Source: a virus (lineage: Duplodnaviria; Caudoviricetes). From it: DNA of 36,125 nt. A model generated the notes under the pieces. That model was not told the DNA's origin, made no database searches, and saw only the letters and a program-made list of their open reading frames with translations. The position numbers and the translations under genes are program-made. Shown here one piece after another: positions 26,301-31,830 of the stretch. The DNA lies in IMG/VR virus record IMGVR_UViG_3300032327_000455, positions 1 through 36,125 of that record; one strand, 5' to 3'. Each line of letters starts with the position of its first letter. The first letter of the stretch is position 1.

Positions 26301-28659
26301 CTTTAGTAGCTTGATCTTTATTTTCTATAGCTTTAGCTGCTTCTAATTCTTTCTGTAAAATATCAAGTTCAATTTTTGTGTTTTGTAAAACACCAAGATT
26401 TCTAAATGCTGTAGCTACAGAAGAACCATAGACAGGTTTAGAAGCCATATCAGTCTGTATTTTAACAGCTCTTTCAGCAGCTCTTTTAGATTTATAATCA
26501 TTTGTAGCTAATATTTCTAAAGCATCATCCAAAGCTTTTTTAGCAGTGGTTGCTATTTTATGTTCTGGAGTACCGTCTTTATATAAATCTGGTATAACAA
26601 GATCACTGAATCTTTCTTTAAGATTTTTCCATGTAGTTTGATAGTCTTCCATTTCAGTAGCAACTTTATCAAAATAGGCTTTCACTGAAGTGATACCAGC
26701 TTCATCCTTGTCTACACCAAAAGCTTCTTTAAATTCTTTGTCATTAAATGTATCTGCATACCCACGAATATTATCTGTAAGAGCACTAAACATTCCAGTC
26801 TTCATTGATGTAGCCATTAATTTAGAAAAAGCTGAATCTTTAAAGTTGGTATATTGATATGGATCTTTATTATAAATAGCAACTTCCATTCTTCTACCTG
26901 CTTCATTCTGAGTTTTAATGTTTGCTATATGTTCATTTAAAAATCTATTAGGATTTTCATAATAAGAATTAATAGTATCAACAGCATCTTTAACACTATC
27001 TTTATGAGCTGCTCTTTGTTCCTTAGTACTTGTACCAAATTTCTTAGCAGCACCTACAGCCATATTTATAGGAGAAAGAAGATGTCCTGTTACAGCACCC
27101 ATCAAGAATGTTTTCATTCCTTGATTATTTTTACCTTCTTCTTCAAAAGCTTTAGATAATGAATCTTTGAAATTTGAACCTTTAGCTCCATGATAAAGGT
27201 CATAGTAATAATTTTGTAAACTATTATTAGAAAGATCTTGAAATAATTCTTGGATACCTTCAGCCCATTCTATTTTTAATAAACGACCACCTGCACTTTT
27301 AGTTGCAGTCCATGCAGCAGTTCTTGCACCAAAGTCTTTAGAAATATCTTTAAGTAATCCCATTGTTCCTAATACACCTTTGGTATAAAGTTTTGTAGTT
27401 TCTTCAGCACCTTCTTTACCAACAGCTCTACCTGTAACTTTTAGAATATCATCAGCAAATGCAGATGTTCCTTCATCAACAACTTTACGTCCCATCTTAA
27501 ACTTACTGAACAAATTATCAAATTGAAGTCTATTTGATAATAATAAAATTCCTGTATTTACTTTAAAGTTATCTTGAGCAGCCTCCATTGAAAGTCTTTT
27601 TATTCTACTTTCAACAAATGATGATGGAGCTTGACCTGTTTTGTAAAGTTCTTCATCATATAATTTATTATAAAGATCTCCATAAGTACCAGCAGATTCC
27701 ATACGAGCCTCTGTCATTGCCATATTAGCCTCACTTAAGAAACGTCTTACACCACCTACACCAATTGAAGCCATTTGTAATACACCAGCTCCTGCTTTAC
27801 CATACTTATACATATCATATCCAGCATCAAACAAAGGAACATATTTACGTGCTCCTTGTACAAGGCCTTCAGCAACTGTTCTAGACTTCCATATTGAATT
27901 ACCAAGATTTGTAATATCTTTAGCTACATCAGCTTTAGTAACAATACGACCAGCCCAACTTGGAGCTTTCATTCCAAGTTTTGCTAAAGAGAATTCTGTA
28001 GAAAGTCCATAAGTTAATAATTCTTCAGAAAGAAACTGAGCAATTGTACCTACAGCAAAACCAGATTGCTGTAACATATCACCAAAAAACTTACGATTAA
28101 ATATTCCTGTTTCAGTTTCAGGTGTTGAATAAATAGCATATTTATTCATTATATCATTAGTACTCTTATTCTGTTCTTGTAATTGTTCAGGAGTTCCTAC
28201 AAGTTTAGAAGAATCCCATGTTGATACTGCATCAGCCATATGCCCCCATCCTTTCCAACCTTCTATAAAAGTATTACTAGCAAGTTTAAACATACCAGTA
28301 AGACCGTTCCCCCATACATCTCCCCATGTCTGAGCTCTACCATATTTGTATTCATTCTCTTGACCTAAATCAGGATCAAAACCTAATTGCTTATAGTTGT
28401 CAGAACTTACATAACGATCAGCTTGAGATCTGTCCCAGTCAAAAAACTTAGGAGCAGCCATAGTCTCAACACTAGTCTTAGTGTTTTCAAAGTTATCAAG
28501 ACTATTTTGTACAGGATTGTATTGTGGAGTTTGTCCAGATTGACCTGGATCAGTTGAAATTAAATCAAGTATACCTGTCTGTTGAGGTAAAAAAACTTCT
28601 GGATCTTGAAAATAGTCTCCTTGCAGTTGGTCTGGTATGATCCCTGTTTCAATTGGCAT
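14308..28659 (-). CDS. Giant crAss-type virion RNA polymerase polyprotein with zincin-like protease domain
   Basis: 4783 aa. Catalytic loop GADFDIDK (DFDID at 18145-18159, aa 3501-3505) preceded by RIPSQ, with MTDNAK downstream. HEAFH zincin motif (22726-22740, aa 1974-1978) with EEYMAD downstream. Gly/Ala-rich N-terminal region with EGIQE. Confidence 0.88.
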   Translation of the reverse strand: MPIETGIIPDQLQGDYFQDPEVFLPQQTGILDLISTDPGQSGQTPQYNPVQNSLDNFENTKTSVETMAAPKFFDWDRSQADRYVSSDNYKQLGFDPDLGQENEYKYGRAQTWGDVWGNGLTGMFKLASNTFIEGWKGWGHMADAVSTWDSSKLVGTPEQLQEQNKSTNDIMNKYAIYSTPETETGIFNRKFFGDMLQQSGFAVGTIAQFLSEELLTYGLSTEFSLAKLGMKAPSWAGRIVTKADVAKDITNLGNSIWKSRTVAEGLVQGARKYVPLFDAGYDMYKYGKAGAGVLQMASIGVGGVRRFLSEANMAMTEARMESAGTYGDLYNKLYDEELYKTGQAPSSFVESRIKRLSMEAAQDNFKVNTGILLLSNRLQFDNLFSKFKMGRKVVDEGTSAFADDILKVTGRAVGKEGAEETTKLYTKGVLGTMGLLKDISKDFGARTAAWTATKSAGGRLLKIEWAEGIQELFQDLSNNSLQNYYYDLYHGAKGSNFKDSLSKAFEEEGKNNQGMKTFLMGAVTGHLLSPINMAVGAAKKFGTSTKEQRAAHKDSVKDAVDTINSYYENPNRFLNEHIANIKTQNEAGRRMEVAIYNKDPYQYTNFKDSAFSKLMATSMKTGMFSALTDNIRGYADTFNDKEFKEAFGVDKDEAGITSVKAYFDKVATEMEDYQTTWKNLKERFSDLVIPDLYKDGTPEHKIATTAKKALDDALEILATNDYKSKRAAERAVKIQTDMASKPVYGSSVATAFRNLGVLQNTKIELDILQKELEAAKAIENKDQATKDLIKSKEAQIKSLTTWYESHQSLLEKDGSKGKNLRTDAKAKKAFQEYMNSKNTESKIDTVIKTDDVEEIYSNLMDYMDLNKDHKDYIDAYNIVANPINFVKVHGRIIDAINHTRERFNAEHIQEAVDAIEKNKAAASPKEQKEKAPDFNQYLKDTHEGQLESGGTDLPFEEWKSTTTAKVFTDLYNKKYGTNFKIEDPKEQTSENLSELENEINNADFLGEDYLGEIMSRISKILNISIKEAEDLYIKFHESMDQTQLQADLMKLGADKSKSVDEVVSIFNKHVIPLFIDELLKRNQTQSSPLTGRENHEIIELPSPKTVLTKPNLKAGEVLLDNGKNGIFIIQHDGKFSVVNSERNSPIDKQANICITKADALAERDAFIKKIADKFKKDRSYYTFGGMEIRAGLVMTRNSDGKRFVVYNLGEPYVPTNADGSLKLGTDGQPIPPTIKLIMLSNNSRTNSSVYVKAEELSQMFTIKQKEEKLETGETVSKDTSRLYRTTELSRIYPHVNRDVNESEEDAQRRLDTLLKNTPAADLQKGMSIKITKGAPTRTSKNVTMGEGMKANPNLFQFSDKYKIEMVFQGQTIGYLTNYDNLRYITDNGVNIPIENLTLDQFRTIFDSKGKDPRKTMDEFKTAYRESKKVFNELSKYVKGDGESTISPEQLNKILIINTEKGEYDFVDKKDAVTYQQLSSQKINGFYYIIDRSKRYGKGYSYTMTENPITDATGKDRQKIEKEVDAEMSLAERNNSPYLGRYVAVVKMNDGKIRFLNLTTETVSDEKLNDFITKINERTALTKEKNLQKSLNEKNEEILVRKGVDFNSELNSELATGLFITVPAANVGTYVDFGVSDTGNLELTFHKKIGNEDIRRKIRLYGDTLSDSIVIKDINDLVQKINEGIKKHDKDLAQREEDKIGIEFTRENFKESTPDTSEFDDVKGLKTSVSAAIVKNVPITVIASADIAPPVIQTKSATTGANSKPVVVAPGVEVTTTEPTENKIDAAKKAQIDAILAANSGKPVQAPKPEGEETEIDKLNKEIKRLEQEKELEVVKIREAKLADTTRNITAAAAIREATRDAAIIYDADIKALKKKVNDLRKNQNQSQPGKVLKVTTKAEFDEASVVNIDKFKKYISRILGDVVDVETMEQLTDNLKNNNITVGQFTAYMEILKDGNKAVKGLIQVGEKSGFKYHEAFHAVFRLMLSDEQAAKLTGYAKIEVKEKLAKEGRTLKEELDEMKNLHTIYADMSEEELEERYYEEYMADRFDEFSLKNEPLATKTFPGIRGFFQKIWDFITSLFKKTSKNQLDSFFREVNRGKYKNSRVTDNKFTKPDALSITEPAMKAIKVGEIEVQDENGYWIYVDKYLNQQEGDQLASTIASIFHSRTMSDKRDNYNKAALLDEIFDDFIDLYNPEREFYTNEIERLYEIDPAQATEYNNKLEEKFNIFYSAENRKLLSESVDVHLRTMGYNQELEEDEYITMEDEFGSRYSTDNWKEAHSIGGFGSLSKFLRQYIASTTFALERDDFGNTQFINGEPLLQAVNANLVYNGVLKAVANITDQKQFVARLLELKNAQTETGKFLEKFFDEVGLKVDKTSGEFVVRNPAKATLFQSVIKGFQQYTVDYIFINKDIRKSKKIARLMVANRMGSVKTQFSQWQNAYTAVYENELFKLASKEDKQAFAKSRIGSLQDIVTLLNPTNNISDEKLELQSQELSNQLKIELGISLSPLFIKYSIASSKKSDIQTEAQRKLAESYREVEGMKADELKQLMKSIQALENPFAKNIDSLKEVEIDPEADQSEEVDDLGEGGSIARLTSLATGNAIFDETVSTTSYKNAEGELVYSHQLPTFHLVKINDFNSKATLDEMRKNDFLSNNVLLDSDKFQAMAGEFRVQRIEGMKTSILEEDKEGNLREDKTIQANQNKGIVYGSFSDREFLISLLEMYQYNKEYTDGNAKPFMTSQHLVRVVEASNTGDTVGLPVIKSVELGQDGKPKLTKEAIDILKKEVVREFERIQKVRTEIRTKIFEDGEVEGYHYAIDENGNRTDKKKPRGLKFYKMSSMLGEELAADLEKLSEDPSFNLSSKMKEIESRINEHWEGQFENFTDKLDNLGVITLSKGEAGEVIQNNLLDDFILKGFTTKENKKEIVDEKKNGLLNLIPGNLRHNLAQILVNDYINTLSVNQLLYGDEARSFKDGIDQVKRARGANGSGASIESLITAPSLGINKSFTKSHILTFTSPRYKAEYAGGLKEKADAQSYMTVKAARYTLFGLGKLTPERAAILDKIDNGERLTSEEIFGTGGLKQMEAMFNSMKLVYFDGPQYIKTSTVMLTKEFTSTLVDGEWVAAIGSEELHDLRERMEKFEIDNDTVVFSADKSASKGTKKNVFDHKLGFKSAKDENFVEQETKYWRLQLENPSNKLEITDPTQAKQIIIAEQDDTTEVVFNGVNTTVGALKELYLQDTDQRIKNNYFSARDSIFNIDKAFSELGKSIQQDKVSADLKVFQERAIETLRATGADSQMLEFFAIDPLTNKPKYNLNNPVTLNKYTQLFLAYFSKGVMSEKSPGHSVALMTNWGKKVVKRFTGKYMEDGTPIGEVIPSRMVNSNYSLYKDAKRWDNDISRKFTGLNEGDFYVDDLRHNVPEFDANGKIIGRYTEYIMPAHFVEDMNLDPTKPIPDHIAKSFGVRIPSQDKHSFITLKLVDFMPAFYGSTAILPHELIEISGADFDIDKLYMHISDTYVKKGQRIPYGTETSKEGRFEEFVRFQSNKNKQFKKTLKELKKTDPTYRKAIANIDSIIDLKEAFRELLQRIPESEKTIREGMQTAVLISRFIDDIIANEKGISLEQYRDKLSTVEEAYFLDDLSEMMNKLDLRELQWAEREYGFDMADVIYNSLKDLKQFINNMKDRETVLISEALKTHKLPSNIIDYSKITTEQNNGVLNNRILKQKMLMLNNEHMTKGGNKAIAFQVASVKGLSDLLDPNNPDSIITLLGGEDNIPKELKDVLLEGNVDVDSMFGKYVAFKNNKEGSRNIGPAVNSMLVYSILNNFNVQLRDTYFDTALGVDIPMYKFKLNGHTFDGYGQTRSFNFETGKYDSDFRIFNTISTIVSAMTDNAKERLAARLGLNIEAVGYVSNMVAQGIPLKSAITFILQPVIREYFELSKVASNNIKTAAESEIYKSQIASGLLEEYIEKAGEDYVKEDLTDEMMLENIKNNGASAIYQASILEEFMGLQDQSQHYASVAQILKLTKGLGTSFEDYDKINEKIESLGLRVKNDQLFERFVSENTGTPPAFDLRQVLMGYDENKPHHNFVKGYIDIADQLGELSKGMFIQRTAVFKRIVEITKDNLFIKNSVKQKFNDNINEDLIAYLSIKAYRKYLAENGRTATLSSMTNALIYDEAAEKKGDEFLDIVDTMRLIRDRMPNNHFVNNYLNVVATSIMDAGGEKALNPKNKDGINKIESNTWAKLNEYQVEKLKDSFIEIYQSELDFGNGRNGREMANTLFNYLLVKDGGRFRSGSYIRFIPNFMFDELLESTGRANDLMKISTNATNAYVVDEEYKKIFGVTSLELFNEFMANYTTHVANGYYVKRYDNLYKEPNIPNTGNAAFDSYNPKSVIVSEDNATIKINIFRGARESKQKVLTEEEEAGVTLMNDEDYFEYLDSLTDAEREDVLAGKSIKKAGGYNADEKERFKKNMAYIDAKGFKRAKNNQITFPYIIKVPTGEFFGGDNYYILRGITKPGLKKGDKSIELDPKKLIQKGETVASGIGARYELIERKGSSKTFAGAAVIDEIPATATLPRYRRPINNSGDFGVYHTKEKWFADPDAPTAPAAETTPVASATTTSNVRTIVPGEEKIADVIYNRLKITFTFVPGKGFEFKGELYDLLPADIKAKILSPVDLLRETGLTPNSPNISVYQPTKVETPLTEKITEAVDPSAPMTPEAIKKLIALRQSGVKEQPSSSSLTPERIQAIKDAIAGNNVKSVQDIDPKNPLNDECNGLGGGEGPSRVL

Positions 28660-28671
28660 GTATATAACTTT

Positions 28672-31600
28672 TTATTTTTTATTTATTACAATTCCCTTCT
28701 CTTTGAAATAATCAGATTTGTTGTAAGTTACAACATTTGGATTAGTTTTCACAGCAGTTTGGTATTCATTTTCTTTATTTCCATTAGCATCCATAATTTC
28801 TAGATATAAAGAATCTAAATACGACATAATTTCATCAGGATTTTTTCTATTTTCACCCTGCAACATATTAAAGAATCTATGTTCTGTCATAGGTTTTAAT
28901 TCTGTTTTAGGATGTCCTTGAGCATCTACACTATTAACTCTTAAGTTATATTTTAAATCAAGATGCACACCTTGTGTATTTCCTGAAGGATCTGCATCCG
29001 GTGTTAATTCATAATCAAATCCTGATGCTGCTAAGATAGGGTCACTTTTAATTGGTTCACCTCTAAGAAGCTTACCATAAATATACATACCTGTACTATT
29101 AGGAAGATCATTGAGATCTGGACTAGCAGCAGTTGGTTGTATTTTTATATTAAATGTTCTAGTTTTAATATCATCTATATCAAATCCTTTTGTTTCAGAA
29201 GGTTGATCTTTAATTGTAAATTGAAGAGTGGGTTGACCATCAACTCCCTGAGTTTTGTATGTAAACTTACCTACATATTTTTCCATACCTTGTTCATCAG
29301 ATAAAAGCCCTCTTAATTTTTCAGCAGTTGTTGGTGCAAGTTGTGTAACACCATCTGCTTCATATAAGACACCGTTATCAGCATTACCAATAGCAGCATT
29401 AAATATTCTAGCAGATTTATCTTCACTCATGTTATGTTTAGTATCAAATACATAATCAAACTGAGCTCCCATTTTACCAGATCTTTGTTGATAGTATAAT
29501 AAATTAGGAATAATAGTGTGTTGAGCTTCTTTTATTAATTTTGAAAAATCTTCTGACATACCATGTGAAGCTTCTAAATCATGTATCATTTTATTATATG
29601 CTCTAGTATCTGCCCCCCAACCTGTACTTTTCCCATTTATAGAAGCTATACTATATTTTTTTCCATCAAAAAATAGATCTCCACCTTCCGTTTGTATTAA
29701 TTCACCAGCCATATATTTTCTAGCAAGTTCCTCTTTAGACATCTTTACTGGAGAAGAGTTAAGTTCACCGGGTATATTTAATTCAATATTTTTTAATTCT
29801 TTAGCTATATCATCAACACCGATTAAATCTTTTTTACCATGTCTTATGGTAGTAATAGTACCATATTTTTCAGGGTTACTTAAAATATTTTTTTCTATTA
29901 ATTGCTTACGGTTTTCTTCATTTCCTTGGTAAGTGTCAAGTTTACTTTTAGCAATAGTATAGTTTCTTAAAACAGATCTTTCTTCTTTAGTCATTGGTAT
30001 ATAATGACCATCATCAGTAAGTTGTTTTCTCTTACTATAATAATCTAAAGTGTATACATTAATTGCATCTCTTAATCCTTCTGTAGTTTCAAGCTTAATA
30101 CCAGATGCTTTAACAGCTTCGTTTGTAGAAAGAGCTGTTTTTAATTTATCTGTAGCAGCCTTTTGTTCTTTTGTAAAAGTATAACTTGCATTAGGACTTG
30201 CATATTTAGTACGAACATCTTGTTTCAAAGCTGTAGATACACTTACAACTTCTTGTCTTGACATTCCTAAATTAGTTGCTAATGTAAGGATACCATTAGA
30301 ATCAAATATTTGATCATGTGCTGATAGATAAAGACCATCCTGTGTTTTGTTAAAAAGATCAGCAGCTGTAGCTTCATTCTTAGTTACATCTGTTGAACCA
30401 TATCCAGTGTATATACCAGTTGATAATGGATCAATAGAACTCTCTCCACCATCTATAGGAATTTGAATATCATTTCCATTAGCATCTTTTACTGTAATTG
30501 TACCACCACCTTTAGTCCCAGGTTTAGCATGTGTTCTATAATACATGTCTTCACTAACCTTATGTTGAAATTCTCTTTCTTGACGGTTCTCAGTTATTCT
30601 CTGCATATTAAGAGTTTGAGCAGAACTCCAAGCAGTGTTTGGTTTTATTTCTTTACTTTCAATACTTGCTCTACCAACAGCCCAGTTACCTATCTCTCTT
30701 TGTTTAGCTAATTGTGCAAAATAACCATCTGGATTACCATAAACATTATCAAGAATGGTTTGTTTTTTAGTAGCATCAAATCCTTTATACTCCTCATCTA
30801 TCATAGAAAGATTACCGTATAATTTAGTTTTTTCATCAGTGATTCTGTCAGCTAATTCTTTATCTCTAGCTGTCATTGTTTCTGGAAGAGCTTCAAGCAT
30901 TCCATCAAGTCTAGCTATCTCAGCATTAACATCAGCTTTTCTTTTTGTATATCCTTTAGTTAATTCATCAACAACATCTTGAGCCATATATTTTCCTATT
31001 TGTTCTTCATTCCAATTAGGATTTAATTTTTTAATTTGTCTAGCTCTTTCTTCTTTTTCCACAATACCTGTTACATGATACTGATCATAAAAATTATTTC
31101 CCACTTTAGATTGAGCCCATGTAGAAAACTTCTTTTCAGATTTTTGACCATTGGTTGTACTTACAAAATATGCTCCATCTGGACTTTGTTCATCCCAAAC
31201 TATTTTTAATTCTTCTTTCTTTGCTTCATCATCTAAATAAGCAGGAACATTTCTAAAAGGAACAGCTTCTCTTTTTTCCACCTTAGCATATTTACTAGCA
31301 TCCCTATTAGCATTTTGTAACACATCTAATCCATTAGATATGTACTTCATAGCTATTCCATTGTATTGTTCTCTAACTTTAGGATCAGAAGAATCTCTCA
31401 TGTTAGCCAATTTCTGACCTTGTTCTTGATACCATCTAGTTAATCTTGTATCTTGATTGATAAGGTCATCTTCCCAAAAAGGTGAATAAAGACTTTCAGC
31501 AGCTTGCTGATTTTCAGGTAGGGATAAATCTGTAGCAGATATTTTTTTAAGACCATCTTCAGCTTGTTTAATATACTGATCTCTTAAAGGAATGTTGGCT

Positions 31601-31773
31601 TTATCAGACAAAGGAGCATCATGTACGGATGAATATGCATACTTAGCTTTTGATACACCAGCTTCATACAGAGCTTGTTTTCTCTGCAGCATCTTATCAA
31701 AAAAGTTAAAGTCAGGTGCATATACTACTGCTTCAGGAAATGTGTCTGGTATAAATGGTAAATATTGTGGCAT
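28672..31773 (-). CDS. Large hypothetical protein, probable virion cargo/structural protein
   Basis: ~1033 aa. Start moved from TTG 31794 to ATG 31773 (MPQYLPFIPD), which has an A-rich leader. Ends 12 nt before the RNAP gene; no catalytic motif recognised. Confidence 0.7.
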   Translation of the reverse strand: MPQYLPFIPDTFPEAVVYAPDFNFFDKMLQRKQALYEAGVSKAKYAYSSVHDAPLSDKANIPLRDQYIKQAEDGLKKISATDLSLPENQQAAESLYSPFWEDDLINQDTRLTRWYQEQGQKLANMRDSSDPKVREQYNGIAMKYISNGLDVLQNANRDASKYAKVEKREAVPFRNVPAYLDDEAKKEELKIVWDEQSPDGAYFVSTTNGQKSEKKFSTWAQSKVGNNFYDQYHVTGIVEKEERARQIKKLNPNWNEEQIGKYMAQDVVDELTKGYTKRKADVNAEIARLDGMLEALPETMTARDKELADRITDEKTKLYGNLSMIDEEYKGFDATKKQTILDNVYGNPDGYFAQLAKQREIGNWAVGRASIESKEIKPNTAWSSAQTLNMQRITENRQEREFQHKVSEDMYYRTHAKPGTKGGGTITVKDANGNDIQIPIDGGESSIDPLSTGIYTGYGSTDVTKNEATAADLFNKTQDGLYLSAHDQIFDSNGILTLATNLGMSRQEVVSVSTALKQDVRTKYASPNASYTFTKEQKAATDKLKTALSTNEAVKASGIKLETTEGLRDAINVYTLDYYSKRKQLTDDGHYIPMTKEERSVLRNYTIAKSKLDTYQGNEENRKQLIEKNILSNPEKYGTITTIRHGKKDLIGVDDIAKELKNIELNIPGELNSSPVKMSKEELARKYMAGELIQTEGGDLFFDGKKYSIASINGKSTGWGADTRAYNKMIHDLEASHGMSEDFSKLIKEAQHTIIPNLLYYQQRSGKMGAQFDYVFDTKHNMSEDKSARIFNAAIGNADNGVLYEADGVTQLAPTTAEKLRGLLSDEQGMEKYVGKFTYKTQGVDGQPTLQFTIKDQPSETKGFDIDDIKTRTFNIKIQPTAASPDLNDLPNSTGMYIYGKLLRGEPIKSDPILAASGFDYELTPDADPSGNTQGVHLDLKYNLRVNSVDAQGHPKTELKPMTEHRFFNMLQGENRKNPDEIMSYLDSLYLEIMDANGNKENEYQTAVKTNPNVVTYNKSDYFKEKGIVINKK

Positions 31774-31801
31774 AGTTTCATTAATAATATACAATAAAAT
31801 A

Positions 31802-31827
31802 TTTAAAGTTTAAAACTAAACTTTAAA
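31802..31827. repeat. Perfect 11-bp inverted repeat (hairpin/operator/terminator candidate)
   Basis: TTTAAAGTTTA-AAAC-TAAACTTTAAA in the only sizeable intergenic gap of the minus-strand block. Confidence 0.6.
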
Positions 31828-31830
31828 GGT

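Noticed and set aside
6710-28659. Inteins or group I introns in PolB or the RNAP
   Set aside because: PolB has normal length and motif spacing. I saw no intein splice motifs, LAGLIDADG segments or frame interruptions in the RNAP gene (inspection by eye only).
31774-31794. TTG start at 31794 for the 1040-aa ORF
   Set aside because: ATG at 31773 has a typical A-rich leader, and the extra 21 nt overlap the candidate regulatory element.
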